A DNA stretch of 63,716 nt, filler included, from Sphacelaria rigidula (GCA_964200075.2; 10 parts of 10 records of this genome joined end to end with filler, not necessarily neighbours in it), one strand, 5' to 3'. Positions 48,795 to 62,882 are shown, counted from the first letter of the whole stretch. Translations and numbers: made by a program. The notes: a model not told the origin generated them from the sequence alone.

Positions 48795-50420
48795 ACATAA
48801 TAACATGGTGGTTCAACACGTGCCCAGGCAAACGCTGGGTACCGCTATGAGTTTTAGGCGTCGCGCGAGTGCATTGGTCACAAATACTACATATTTTGCA
48901 TACATATATACTCACGTATTTCACGATGAGATCGGTCGCCTCCGGGGGGAACATGATGTCGAAGAATGACAGCACGAGATCCTCCACGCTCCCTTCGACC
49001 ACGGCTTCATACCGCGCGCGGTCCACCTTCAGCAGGCGCTCCAGGGTTTTCTCCGACAGGGTGAACTCCGCGCTCCGACGCCGCCCCGCTTCGCGCTTGG
49101 GACATGTTTCGTCTACTTTCAACCCCTCTGTGGTCCAGTTCGCCGAACCCACACAATCGGAATCGCCATCAGGGTCCACGCTCCTGTCCCCGTCATCGTC
49201 GTGACGCTCGTCGTCGGCGTCGCCCTGGTGTTGGCGGATATTGCGTGTGTCACCCTCACGGGGGAGAGAGAAAGGGAATATCGATGATGGACTCGCAAAC
49301 ACTCGAGACAGAGTGCATCGTACCTGTACTCTCACCGCGCGCGATGGAAAACGAAACTCGCGCTGTACAGTCCACACATACGCGCAAGTCATATACAATT
49401 CACAATAGAAAGCTGCATGTGGCCCAAGCCTTTTTCATGTCGCATTGGAAGCAAGGAGAATAGGCAGTCCCGCGCTGTCTGTACTTCATATGGCCCTCAC
49501 CTCTTTCACATCATACTGCATAAAGCACGCACGCACACACACGCGCGCACACACACTCAAGGCACAGTACATGCAGACAGTGCGGACAACACAGGCCGCC
49601 GGTAATGCACTCAAGCGAACGGTGACGCTTGACGAACCTCGCTGTCTTCCTGCGATCGCAACCTCGGCTTCTCCGTATTATGCTATCAAAGTTTCTGGCA
49701 TAATTCCACCTTAGCGTAAATATCATAGCGTTTCAGGAAGTAGCATACAACAGATCCGTGCTGGCTCAGTGTTGTGGCCCAACCTTCACGCACCCGCCTT
49801 GCGTGTCTTGCCTCGATCACAGCACCCGACTATTACTGAAGTACATGGAAGGACGCAGTACACAGCTGCACAGCCATCACTTGGCGATTTTCACAACCTT
49901 TCTTGGTTTCGACAGCACTTTGATCCCACCCCGAATCTGTGAAGACCGTTTCACTCGAGACGAAACAGCCAAAACACCATGAAGCGCTTCGCGAGAAAAT
50001 ATATTTCTTTACCTCGAGTTACCCCCCATCTGTGGGAGGTGAATCTAAATGCTGGCCTACTGCAATGTTTTCGGCGGAACACTCTTTCATCATCGACCGC
50101 CTATCTGAAATACATGAATGCTGTGGAATGAGTCATTCGCCGATAGTGATCACAATATAAAACCGGCAGTCTGATCGATGCTAGCATCATAAGTAAAGTT
50201 CTGAATACCACCATCAACACCACAACCATAGAGTGGTGGGTGGGTCTGTATCCGATCAAACATTGTAATGCTCCAAAAAGTGTGGGTTTCTCAACTGCTC
50301 CGGAAAGTGCGGATGCCTCGTTTTCGGGGTTCTGCCAGTACAAAACTACGCCAGAGATGTCCGAAGACATCAACTATGTAGCGAACACCCGTATCGAATG
50401 CTCGTATCCTTCAATCTCAC

Positions 50421-50847
50421 CTCTACCGGTGTGATCTTCGGAGGCTTCATCCTGGCGACCGTCTTGTATACTTCTTGGTACGGCTTCTCGGCACTTTTTT
50501 TATGCATCCGTCGACACTGCCGCCCACGTTTTAGGGATCGATGCCTGCCCGCCTCGCGTCTCCAGTTCGTCCTCCCCACCCTTCAACTCACCGTCAGACC
50601 CGTAGTACGGTTCGGCCTCTCCATCATCGGCGTCTTCACTGTCTGCCTCCTTCTTCTTCGGCTTTTCCTGACGTTCCAGTCCCAACCCGCCGACACCCCA
50701 GTTCTTGTGCTTCCCACAAAAAAACGTGCCGGCCTTACGACGGGCCGTGCATCGCTTCCCTTTCCATGCGCCTCGCTCAAACACCGCTGTGCACCCCGTG
50801 CCTTCGGTATATTTCGCTTGCGGAGCTACGCCAGGGGAGAAATGAGG
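50421..50847 (-). CDS. Putative upstream exon with a C-x13-C-x10-C-x2-H motif, possibly the N-terminus of the PGBD gene
   Basis: CTAVFERGAWKGKRCTARRKAGTFFCGKH followed by a basic then an acidic tract. Using the donor at 50421 needs a frameshift near the homopolymer at about 50495-50502. An alternative donor lies at 50592. Confidence 0.45.
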
Positions 50848-52090
50848 CTGCGCAGGTAACGGCGGTGCAAGGAGAGGTATGTGCAGCAATGCCTCCACGT
50901 TGAGCTCGTGCCGATACCGCCTGAGTTTCGGCAGCAACAACCCCTGTACAGCGCNNNNNNNNNNNNNNNNNNNNNNNNNNNNNNNNNNNNNNNNNNNNTT
51001 AATTAATTAANNNNNNNNNNNNNNNNNNNNNNNNNNNNNNNNNNNNNNNNNNNNGATATGCAGAACTCATGCCTCTAGCTCCCTCTCTCGTCCCACAGCG
51101 TTGCCAGATTCAGTCGCCTTGTGAACATGACCACATATATAGTGTACATTTACGCATTTCCCCCGAGCACTTCATGTTAGTGGTATCAATTAGGGTTTAC
51201 GAAAGGATGGTGACCCAACAAAAATTCGGGGGATGGGATGTTGGGCCTACATAAAATGCAAGCAGTGTTACGCCGATAGAAAAAAACATTTTTCGGAACA
51301 GAATCTGACCTTTCGTCTCACCGGCACACGCTGCTGCAAGGCCCCACGACAGATTCAGCGGTATGGGGTGCTTTGCTGTAGTTATGGTGACATGTGGGCG
51401 AAGCTTCAGCGGCTCGCAGCACCCACAGTGTGCGTGCTGCCGTGTCTCCCGAATTGGGCACCTCTACAGGCAATGCGCACCGGCGTTCCGCACTGATTGT
51501 CATTATCCAGGGGGTGTTCCAGTTTAGATCAGCATTCATTTCTCAGCGCAGCGGCGCGCCACGTGCAGATTACGTCGAAGTAAGTAGACGAGTACCTTCA
51601 CATATGTGTTTCCTGACGATGCACGCATTTCTGAGCAGCGGGGCGGTTGAGGAGAAAACGTTTTACCGAATTTGCAGAATTCCGGAATTTGCGTCCTTCC
51701 AGGTAGGTGCCCCACACATTGCTGGCGTTGGCACCCGGCGAACATGTTATTTGTGATGTGCCCGAGTAGTGCTCCAAGTTTCACTCACTGATACGCAGTC
51801 GATGTGAAGAAATCCACTTTCAAACATGCGTACAAAATGCGGGAAAAGACCCTGGTCAACCGTGGCAAGATACATGAGGTGTGGTTGCGCCCCATATCCC
51901 ACGTAGAGCAACGTCCTTGCGTCATACGTGCTTTCTTGGGCAACACGGCACAGCTCCAGAGATTTGCACAAGAGAACATGATGCCGTGACTGTAGAGGTT
52001 CTGGCACGGTTGTAGTGGTTTCCGCAGAATCGTTCGATGCAAACAGAGGTGTTGTACCGGTGGAAATGTGGAGCAACACTGACGGTGGGT

Positions 52091-52728
52091 GTGTCCAGGG
52101 GGCAGCGCGGAGAAAATTTTCGGACGCGTAACCGCCGCCCCCGCTCCCCAGGAGGACACTAATTCGAAAACTGCCATTATGTTGGGGGGTTTTTGTGTCA
52201 ACTTGGTGTCAAGAATTGATCAGTTAAGACTGTTTTGATTTTTTTTCTGTCACCTTTTTTGCAAGAAATTGATGAAGAAACGCTAACCAAAATCGAAAAG
52301 TCCGCTGGGCTTTGTGGGGTTGATATGTGTACTGCGGCTTCTTGCTCCCTCTGTCCCGATGACCTCAGATGCCGAAAGGTATAATTTTCGAAAAACCTGT
52401 CGATTTTTCTTCCCCCCGCCAATTTTGTTGCAATAAAGTAATCACTGAATACGCAACAAATTGATCAATAAATACTGGCCAACCCCGAAACGTCTGGTGG
52501 GCTCAGCGGGGTTTACATTTTTGCTTCTGCTCCTTGCCCGCTCTGTCCCGATGGCATAAGGTGTCCATGCCAAGGATCTCTGTCCACGGCAGCTGACCGT
52601 ATCCGCCAGCGCTTCGGCAATAAACCACGGTACGGGCTGCTGGGTGCCCCCCCCCCTGGAAAAATATTTTTTTCGGTCTTGGGGTCCACGTGTCCCGAAT
52701 TTGGTTTTACGCTGCCCCCCGGGGTGTC
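52091..52728. mobile_element. Candidate ~640-bp MITE with degenerate TIRs
   Basis: CCAGGGGGCAGCGCGGAGAAAATTTTCGGACGCGT versus ACGTGTCCCGAATTTGGTTTTACGCTGCCCCCCGG. Internal direct repeat CTCTGTCCCGATG. Confidence 0.5.
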
Positions 52729-54780
52729 TGGGAATATTTTGTCGACTGACGCGAGGTTCACGACGGTACGTTTTTGTTTAACATGTTTCGCAACCTCGCC
52801 GGTGGTTCCGGCTCCCCCATTGGATCCGGGCCTTTGCTTCAAATATGAAGCGCCTCGAAGGAGCAGAGAAGGCCAATCATACAATTTATCCTGGAAGAAG
52901 ACTCACACTAATAATGCTGCAACTCATGTGTGGGAGACGAATATGAGCAAGAGCATCGCCCGCCTACAATATTGAGGCACACAGGTATTTGTGAACATGG
53001 TGTTCCCTGGCATATACGCGGAAAGGGGGAAATTATTTTAGCAGGGTAAGCCGCACACCCTCATGTACGTCGAACATTCCAGTCCGGTCTTTTGCCGGAG
53101 CATGGAGGCGCGCCCCGATCACGTCAGCGATGGTTCGAAAGAGGATTCGCCAGTAAAAATATTTCTTATTTTTTCTCTTTGTAAGCACCATGAATGAAGA
53201 CGAAGTTCCTACAGAGCACTTGCTGACGAAGTCAACCCTATGTGCTACCTTGACCATCGCCAGTGATGACCTGACTCCCCAACTTATCTCCACATAGCCC
53301 TCAAACCGTGGCCATGACAAATACAACAGCGATCTAAATTCCAAGTGGCGGCACCTGATGGATTCCGCTCCGGCATCGATCGATAGCGGGCTATGGCATG
53401 CGCCTGCGACAGCATAATTCCCACGGCAAAGGGCACCCAGTAAATCGTTGGTCACCGACACCGTCACAAAAGTTGCAGAAACCTACATCCAGTACCCTAA
53501 CCACCACTTCAAACACGGGTGATCAATTCGCTCTGCATAGTTGGGGAGGAACACTGTACCCCGCCTGTCGCCATTTCGAGCTGATGTACATCATCCGCGA
53601 CACCCCTCGGCGCCCATCCCTGCGGTCACCTGACGGGAAAGGCACGACTGACGGCAAGCATGGGATACTACAGTCGAACGATGGAACGAGTGTTGTCTCG
53701 TCTTTAAAGCCTGCGTAACGGATGTCACATAAGAGGAGGTTACCGACATGGTCAAAAGAGAGGCGGAGTTTACGAGTCCAAATGAGACCCTCGACTGCTG
53801 CTGGAGTTTTACGACACAGAAGCATCCCCCAGTGCCAGCAGTTGCTTTTTTCCGAACCAGCTACCTTGTGCAGAGACGGTCAAGTATACCAAAAACAAAA
53901 TGCGATATTTTCTACATTCGAATGTTCGTGATCATCCTTCGACAAGAATGCATGTCTCTGCACAAAAAAAGGGCAACCGCTCTACGCCCCAAGACATCGT
54001 GAAACCGCGTGCAGGAGTAGAGGTTGTAAATCTAACGTGTCGAACTTCGCCTTCCTCTCTTTTGGGCCGTCAATTGACGCAGAATTATGGAAAAAAAAAA
54101 AAATGTACACAACTTCGTTTATGCTTGCGTCAAGGTACACTCTCCGGGCATCGTTTTGGCCGACATCACAGTTCCAGAAGCAAACACGAGGGTTTTTCAC
54201 GGCTCGAGCTCCACCGATGCGTGGCTACTCATTTTGTTTCAGGTTTGAGCGCTGCCGATGCGTGGATATTACCCAACCACATCAACAAAACCTCGTCTAC
54301 TGCCACAAAGCCAATATCTGGGGAGTAATTCAACACAGCATTGCTACAGACGCGATACTGACATCAAGACACAAGTACAGCAAATGATACCTCTGCGCAG
54401 CACATGGTCCTCATGACCGCACCTCAGTATCACCTCGCGGTCAGTGACTTACGGGCTGGCTGGTGATGGGGGGTTTGCCACCTTGCAGGCGACATTTTGA
54501 CCCTGCGGTATTTTCGGTCGATCGAGCGTATCCCAATCGTATTTGAGAATCAAGTTATGAAGCGATGTACGGGTTTGTTGATTTGAACCTGTACGTACTC
54601 ATCGCACCGCAGCCGAACAGCTGTGTTTCACGGTCAATAACACCCTCCAGAGTGACGAGGTGTCAACTCGTATCGCCCGATTACACCATACCACACAAAC
54701 AGCAATGTTGACGTTACTTCGAGAGTAGAGCGTCGATTGGGAGTGGGTTCGATAATTCGCTTCAACTTAACCCCATCCTT

Positions 54781-55342
54781 CAAGGGTAGGTCGAGGGGAG
54801 TATCCTCGATACTCAGTATTTTTGACGAGTCATACTTTTAGTACTCTAAGTTTGACCAGAGTATTTGAGGTCGTGCTCAACCTACTCAATTATTCCAGTA
54901 GAGTATTTGAGGTCATACTCAGTCTACTCGAAATTTGAGTAGAGTTTTGACGTCATACTCAAGTGGTACTGAGAGTGCTTACTCGAAATTTGAGTAGGGT
55001 ATTTGGGGTCGTACTTGATCTACTCAGAATTTGAGTACAGTACTGGAGGCCCTGCTCAAGCTACTCAAACCTTAAGTAGAGTATTTGAGACCATACTCAA
55101 CCTACTCAAAATTTGAGTAGAGTCTTGAGGTCATACTCAAGTGATACTCTATACTCAAGCAAGTACTACTGAGAGTGCTTACTCAATATTCGAGTAAAGT
55201 ATTTGAGGTCGTACTCGACCTACTCGCAATTTTAGTTGAGTATTTTAGGCCGTATTCGACCTACTCAAACGTCGGGTAGAGTAAATACTTGAGTATTTTA
55301 CTCGAGTACTCGAAAGTACATACTCTACTCGACCTACCCTTG
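54781..55342. mobile_element. MITE with CAAG...CTTG TIRs, 8-bp TSD and an internal array of ~41-bp hairpin units
   Basis: CAAGGGTAGGTCGAGGGGAGTAT ... ATACTCTACTCGACCTACCCTTG. Flanks CCATCCTT/CAATCCTT. Internal TTTGAGTAGAGTATTTGAGGTCATACTCAACCTACTCAAAA units. Confidence 0.85.
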
Positions 55343-58300
55343 CAATCCTTATTCTGTGTGTGCTTTTCCTACCCTGTAACACTGGCGTGCGCTTACAGCT
55401 ACACACCGACATCATACTCGAGGATATCAAGGTCTTGAGTGGCAATACACTGCAGGTAGCACATCGGGTCTCGTGGAGGGGCATTTCGGAACTGAGCCTG
55501 TCCATTCCGTAATTTACCGCTTATCATTTTCAATCGCATCCTCCACTTTCAATCTCACGAAACGCTGTTCATTTCGGGCACTGTGTTTGAGGACGATCTG
55601 TTACATTTATTATGAGATACCGATGCTAGCACTCTACGGTTATATCGAAGAGGACCATCCTATAAAACCACAAATAACCCTCAACACTTCAGGCGCCCAC
55701 TACTGTACAGTTGTCCACACATTAGGTGAGAGCCTATGATGTTGGAGGGAATACCGTATCGACTACGGTGTGCCCCATTTTCGACACAATATCGGACGCG
55801 GCGACAGACCATGAACGGTATCTTGTGCATGTCGAGAGGGGGGCGTCTCTCACCGGAGTGGCAGCGCCATGTACCTCGTCTTTGGGTGACCGCTGCCCTC
55901 TCCGGCGAGGTTCCTCGCAGGGCGTGTTCATGTTGACAAACCTGGAGGTAAGTTGCGAACACCAGCGGATGAGGAGGTGCCATGAAGCTTCCAACAGTCG
56001 GGGCCGTCTACCGATGGGTTCGCCACGGCAATGACCAACACACAGGAGTACCTTGTGACGGAACCCAGCCATATCGTACACTAAAGGACCGTTCTGTTGT
56101 AATGAAAAGCACAATACAGTACAGTACAGGATACACGTGCACATGGTGATACCGAACAGTACATGATAGTGGATCGTGCACGCTACTTGGCAGTACGGTG
56201 CAGCGAAGTAGAAAGCAGTCCGGTGCCCTACAGAAGAAGAGAAGGCAGCACTGTAGCGTACGGTTCACGATCGTTTTCAGTACGTATCACCGGAGGGGAT
56301 TACAGTCGAGTGCTGCACCCAACGCTGTCGGGCAGCACGATACAGCGTGTTCTGTGTTGTCATCGCACACGACCCCGCTCGTGATCGCGGACCACCCTCA
56401 TCAGTACAAGACAGCACATTACCATACAATCGAGTGCCGCAGACGACGGCACACCGCTCCACAGCAAATCGTGTTGTGTACTGTCTGCCGCCCAAAATTG
56501 CACCGCACCGGACGTGCAGTTCGCATTTCAGTACATCAGATGACAGTACACTACATGACACTCGAGTACCGACACAACAGCACAGCCCAGCACGCAACAG
56601 TGACCTGTGTGTCGCCATTCCATAACATACCGTACTGGACCGTGCACAAGGCGTGTACTATTTTGCGGTACATTCTGCGATACTGTAAAATTCAACTACA
56701 GCACATATCATGACAGGGCTGTGCGATGAATCGTGAACTTTTATTCTGGATTTTACATGCCGTTTGCAGCCCCCGCCTACCATCAGACATGCTTGCAGTC
56801 AATCGCCTCTTGTGTGATGCCCCACACACGAATCGAGACAGTTTTTTTTCAGATGGATTCTATGCGTCGTAGACTACCCCATGCCCACCGTGCAGCCTTC
56901 CGACACCTAGCTTGGCCGTCACCAGTCTGCGTACCATGACGTGACATTGCGGCCACGAGGAACCCATACAGAGCAACACCATGTAGACCGGCCAACTCAG
57001 GAACTAATCATATTCTCACCCGAGAACTGGCAGCGACACTCTACCTTGAACAAAGCTTTCACCGGTACCGCCTGTTGTACATGTGCTCCTTCGTGTAGGG
57101 TTGGCCACCCGTGCGACATGCGACTACTTTGCAGCTGGTGCTGGCTCATTCCGTGTACAATGATTCTTGTATGCGGGCTGGTTCGGCATTTTTTTTTTTT
57201 TTCTATCGACGTAACACTGGCAAGTAAAAGATGAAAAATACGGGAATCCGAGCCCTGAGAACGTAGGCTTTCTTTTGCTTCGAAGGCTCTTCTGTGGGCC
57301 AGGGACAGGGTACACCATCTTTGCAGTGGCATCACNNNNNNNNNNNNNNNNNNNNNNNNNNNNNNNNNNNNNNNNNNNNTTAATTAATTAANNNNNNNNN
57401 NNNNNNNNNNNNNNNNNNNNNNNNNNNNNNNNNNNATTCCTATCCGCTTCTGCACAAAAGCTCGATTCTTCTCGAACACAGAATCGAACATATTTCGGTT
57501 ATCGAAATCATAATTTGTATGGTGTGTAGTACTTGTCAATAGCTTCCAGTAGGTGAAGGAATGAAAACACATTTCGAAGGTTTTGTGTGGATACGAAGGT
57601 TTTAATCCTCCGGGTTCTCATCCTCGGTGAAAAGCTCCATCCTCAATTTCGATGATCGGCTGCTGATTGGAGTGTGGGGGTTTTAAGTTCACTGCCATAA
57701 TCGACGCCCGGATCTGAGAAGAACACAACTGTCTCGTGCGTAGTTGGACTTTAATTCAATGCGAAGATTACAACATTCCACTCGACATCTGCTGTGTTTG
57801 TCCTTGTCGGATGGCTACTCCAAGAGGCAGGCAACCTCTGCTTTCTCATCTTTTCGCGGCCCCACTCGTGAGAGATAACTCATTCTTCTGCAGCGGTGGC
57901 CAGGAAGGCGGAGATCCAGGTTTCGCCTCCGTCACTCAATGCAACTACAAGCCTGAACGAGACGCCATAGTAAGGTGCCACTGTGCGTACTGTCCGTTGT
58001 ACTGTTGAACTCTCGTACCCCCAAACCCTGACAGTGCCGACGTTTGACAATAGAGAGCACTCGACAAGTAGGGTACTGTTGACCACGAAAGATGTCTTAG
58101 ATGGCATATCTCCGTGAGGGTTTTCTGACGACCTGTCTGTCGCCGTGTTGGTAGGCGGTAGATGGCGAGATAATCACATGGAGAAGAAGGTTCGCATCTC
58201 GTTATTCACCTGCTGCTCTAATTTTCTAATTTTAATACACTTCAATGAAGATACTAGGATGTAAGAAGGCTTTTCACGAGGTGCAGCCCTGTTCAAGTTA

Positions 58301-61300
58301 GTAGTACAGTAGCGGTATCACACCGGAGTGGGAAGGGCGGTGTGTGTGAATGGGCTTTGCGACCGCAGGAATGCAGACGGAGACGTGCGAGCAGGTGCTG
58401 CAGTGCATGACAGTCAGCACAGCGCAGTTTATGTGCTTTTGCGGCTTGGGTTGGAAGTGTACCCGCATGGAGTGCCCGTCGCTGTGCCATTACTGGTACT
58501 CTCCGTTGTGTTGCCCACCGTTCGCTGCCCACCAATATTTGGTTTTTGGTCTCCGTGCACGTTAACCTCTAACGAGATCAAAAGTTGGAACTTCCGCAGC
58601 AACGCAATCAGCAGAAAGATTGCACGGAGATTCACTATTTGCAGCCCCACTTCTCGGGACGTGAGTTCAGTTCGTTCGTATGCGTGGTTCGTGCCAAACA
58701 GCTGACCTCAAGGGGGTCCGTCCCGTGCCTCTGGTTGGACGTTCAAACAGCGCAAAATGACGTGATCAGACATGAACTGGCGCCTTGACTTTTGACCCGC
58801 TCGACTAACAACATGATGAGAACAGTCGAGAGGGTTCCGAGAAAAATCTAAACGCTTCTTCTGCCACAAAAGCTGAAGTCGCTCTTTTCGACCAGTCCGT
58901 TGCAAAATGTATTTTCAAACACCAAATTCAGCAGGGCTGCACCGATTGCTGCCAGGTTGCGGAGTGTCGCTGGTATACCACGGCATCGCGCTTGGCAAAA
59001 ATCATCCCTCTGGGCGCATACCTCGGCATATTTCCAGGCTCACCTCCCACAGATGGGTGTAACTCAAAATTAACAAAGATTTTCGCGCAAAGCGCGATCA
59101 TGGACCAAGTAAAGTGTTGAAGAATCGACATTCGGCAAAAAATTAGGACCCGTCCGAAATCAGGGGAAGAACCATCACATGAGACATATCCTGTTTCACT
59201 GTGCTGCAGCACAAACACACTCACGTCCTCTCTCATGTGCTGTAGCTGTCACTGCGCTGTGGTGTGTTCAAACCTTGGCGAAGACGGTTTGGTCTCCGCT
59301 GGGACTGCTTGAGTTGCTTTGTGGTCATTGCGTTCGTCTCTTTAGAAGATAATGTTAATCGGCACGCAGTGCTGCTGTCTACACACTTTTGAAACCTTCA
59401 TGGTGTGTTGGTTGTTTCGTCTTCCGTCAAACGAAAAAGTGTTTCCCACACAATTCCCACACCCATCATTTCTAAGCTGCAGTTGTGGCTGTGCTGTTGT
59501 GCATTTGAACACTCTACGGCGAACATGGTGTGATGTGTGCTAGAGAGGGCCTGAACAGGTGTACGGCTGCATGCCGTGTTCCGGTTTGCACAGAACTGGG
59601 GTGGGATGAAAGTGCTGTCTCTACACAAAGTTGAAACAATCACGTGACGGCTGCGTAGCTGTCTGTTGCGTCTTCTTTTGTGCTTCAGTCGTAGTCGGGT
59701 ACTATGATCGGGGAAAACACGCAAGGCAGGTGCGTGCAGGTTGAGTAAAGCAAACTGAGCCTGCACAGAGCTGCTGTATCCTCGGCGATTGATGGTAGCA
59801 GCTGTCCGTCTCGCAGCGGCGCGATGTGTGGGCCAATCAAAGCTATGTTGCCACTCACATGCCAGTCGTTTCTCTCATCTGATCGTTGAAAGGTCGCTGC
59901 ATTTTCGTATATTGAAAGGCTATGATTGGTCGAAAAACCTCGCCGCTCGTATTTATTCCCCCTATCTGTGGGCCCTATGCCTGTTTCCAATATGATGCAC
60001 AATACTGGAAACCGCAACTTTTACAGCATAAGCTGGTCCCCGCAAATGACACCAAAAAGTATCTTCAGCGATTCGCCACGTGAAATTTGAGGTTGGAACC
60101 TGAAATGCTGAAGAGGGAAGCACATCGATAATTCGACGGTTGTCCTTGCCGCAGTGCTATTTTTTTCACCTCGTGACCGCCAAGGGCGGGGTCATCTGTG
60201 AAGTCGGCATAATACCCAGTTGATAATGACGGAAGACCCATGGGTTTCGCTCGAAGGGTCGCCCCTTTTGGCACGAGATGCTGCAGATCGCCCTTCGACG
60301 GACCACTCTACACGGGGGGGTCAGGATTGCCCTAACCCAGAACGGCGGCTACAGAATGTTGGAAAGAAACACGCGTTTTGTAAGAAACACATCGCAAAAA
60401 TCTCTCACCCTGTGAGTTGATGTCGTTAGCGTTTGAGTTGCTCGGTGCTTGATGGTCATGACTGCAATGGTAACATGGCGCGCCGTTTATGTGTACCGTG
60501 GAGCACCGGTACTGATGCGTTGTAAAGGCAACGGATGCAGCTCTCAGTGTGGTCTTGCCACGCCGCGGGCAGTTTCGTGCTTTTTTCGCTTTCGTCAAAA
60601 TCCGGAGTTGATGGTGAAAGGTTGTGAAAATAAGGCGTTTGTCAGTCACCTGTGAGTCTGTCGGCCACAGCATGCATTGCAGGTGTTGTTGCCCTGTACT
60701 GCTATTCCGTATCAACCACAAGCCCACCCCCTGATACAAGTCACTTGCCCACACCACACTACACCACACCACACCACCAGTACTCTCTGCGGTATACTGT
60801 TGCGTAGACAATGACCAGGAAATCGGGCAAGTGTGAGGTAGGACGTGCCTTACGAACATTTGCCAAACTCCCGTGGGGGCTCGAAATGTTGATCTGCGGT
60901 CAATACAAGAACGAATAAGTTGCTATATATCTAGAACTACCTTGATGTCGGTGTACAGTAGCCGGTGAAATTTTTTCATTTCTGCATGCCTCGCACAACA
61001 CCCCCATCAGCGCCCTACCCATTTTCGCCGGGACTGTCGACGGCGATATTGTTCCGAGCGTGGTGTCTTGCTCGAGGGATAAAGTTGAAGTTTCCCACCA
61101 TTTTTTGTGCCGTTTCAGCTTGCCGGTTATGTAGTGGATGGAATACTTTTTGGGATGGCAGCCTGCTGAATTCCCGCGGGCCAGCGAGTCAATTCAAGGC
61201 CCTTGTATTGAAATATTCAAGGCGTTGATATGCCCTAGACCGTGTGCTGGCAACGTCCACTGGTTCATGAACGGCTTCGAACACGAGGTACTCAAGTGTG

Positions 61301-62882
61301 TATACAACCGCGCGATATCTTGTATCCACCTGATATTCGACGTACAGCACGCTCGACAAGGCACGGCGAGGCATCGACTTCTGCTCGATAGTCTCGAGTG
61401 CGCAGAACTTCCTTCTCAACTTGACGGGGTGCCGTGTGCTGCACTTTACATGGAATGGAGATAGAGACCAAGATCAGGTGTGACTACAAATAAGGATGTT
61501 CATTTCAGGTACAACGTGTTGGCCACTGACGCGTGCAGCACTCGTTGCGAGCTCAGCCAACTTCTGTGCTTCCGGTTTAGCTGGCTATTGGAGTTTGTCA
61601 CGTTTCGCCGTGCCTTTCGTGTGTTTCCGCTGTGTTGCGTTTGTGTTGCAATGGATTTGATGACATTTAGCTTGTACTTTTACATACAAAGCCTACCTCA
61701 TGATACCCGCAGCACATGATCAGTACTGTATCATACGGCGGTTGGTTATTCCCGCTGTTTTCGGGCTTCGTTGTGTGTTGCTGCCGTTACTACTAGGCGT
61801 GGGGTGTTGTGGTCACTGAACTCCTCTCTGTGTGCTGTTACGCCGTCGCATTCGGAAAAATTGCTCGCACAATGTTGTAGACAATATATGGTGAGTCTTC
61901 CGAAGTGACCCTCGGTATTTGCACCCTCAAGTGCTAGACATGGGGTGCTTCTTGTCAAGGGCGGGACTGGCTGCACCATCCCCTCCATATCTGTCTTTCG
62001 ATAACAGTAGGTGTGGTCTTGCATGAGGTATACATGTAGAGGGTACAAGTACGATACCAGACACGAGGTATAATTCTGCCGGCGATCCCGAATTTGTACG
62101 ATATTCATCTTACCCAACTAGCCCCTTTAGCGCCGTATGTATCCATCTGTGCCATCAGCATCATTTTCGGTCCCTTCTAGAGTGAGAATGATGCCGATTC
62201 CACAAGTGGACACCTCCGGCCCTGAAGGGGTTAAGATACACCATCTGAGTGAGGTATGAATCCTTACATACAATGCACATTGAAGCCGGACATTACCGTA
62301 CCTTTCGTAGGGCCACGCACTGCACATACTTCTTTTTGCTGTAAGCTTGCTCAGGAACGGTTCGTATGACACTCACTGCGGCGCTGTTCATATGGTCCTG
62401 CTGCATGTCCGCATGAATGGACGTAAAACTTGACGATTTTGATCCCAACGCGGCCCTGTGTACTCCCAGCATTTTTACGCATGCCTACAGAGCGCTGAGC
62501 TGGCACTGCTTCAGCGGTGTCTTCGCTTCCCTGTTGTCGTGCACGCTGAAAATGAATGCGAAGTGGGAAAATCGTACCAGCTATTCTCGTAACTCCTTTG
62601 ACAGACGGCTGTTGAGTACGCTTGTCACCGCTTGAATAATGGCTTGTAGATATCGTCCAATTCGCCGAGTTTAGTTAGTGTTGCGCTACCTGACGGGTCG
62701 CCCTACGCGCGACAATGTCTGGGGGGTTAATTGCGTGCAGTTCTTCCATCGGTTGCTCGGTGCAAGCGCGAGTGAACGTGTTTGTGTAGACTTAATAATC
62801 GTTTTTTTTTTTTAATGTTTCACGTGTTGGAGGTCTTCCACGTGACGTGCATTTTTAAACGTCGTGATCCAGTTCGACGTAA

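Larger units (their letters stand above)
45636..49224 (-). pseudogene. Intron-containing piggyBac-family (PGBD, DDE_Tnp_1_7-type) transposase gene, partial, with an in-frame TGA
   Basis: Phase-compatible exons 49224-48916, 48155-47791, 47329-47184 (GC donor) and 46104-45636. They give FFDIMFPPEATDLIVKY/TNDY..GALGIVLEMGITRLP..HWG..PHVRKTMPRDFF..RFFHL..DGKAHIR/RLKEILN..IAFDEQMMKCTAR..NKPIKHG/IKVWAVCC..AMDNVFTSPML..GTVRKNR..SWID. TGA at 45866-45868. The third catalytic Asp region is not seen in the contig. Confidence 0.9.

Noticed and set aside
60930..62380. Coding-looking minus-strand fragments, also at 57440-57715, 51750-52050, 53190-53710 and 39050-39450
   Set aside because: Multiple stops and no motif I recognise. 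They may be decayed genes or TEs but cannot be called without TBLASTX.
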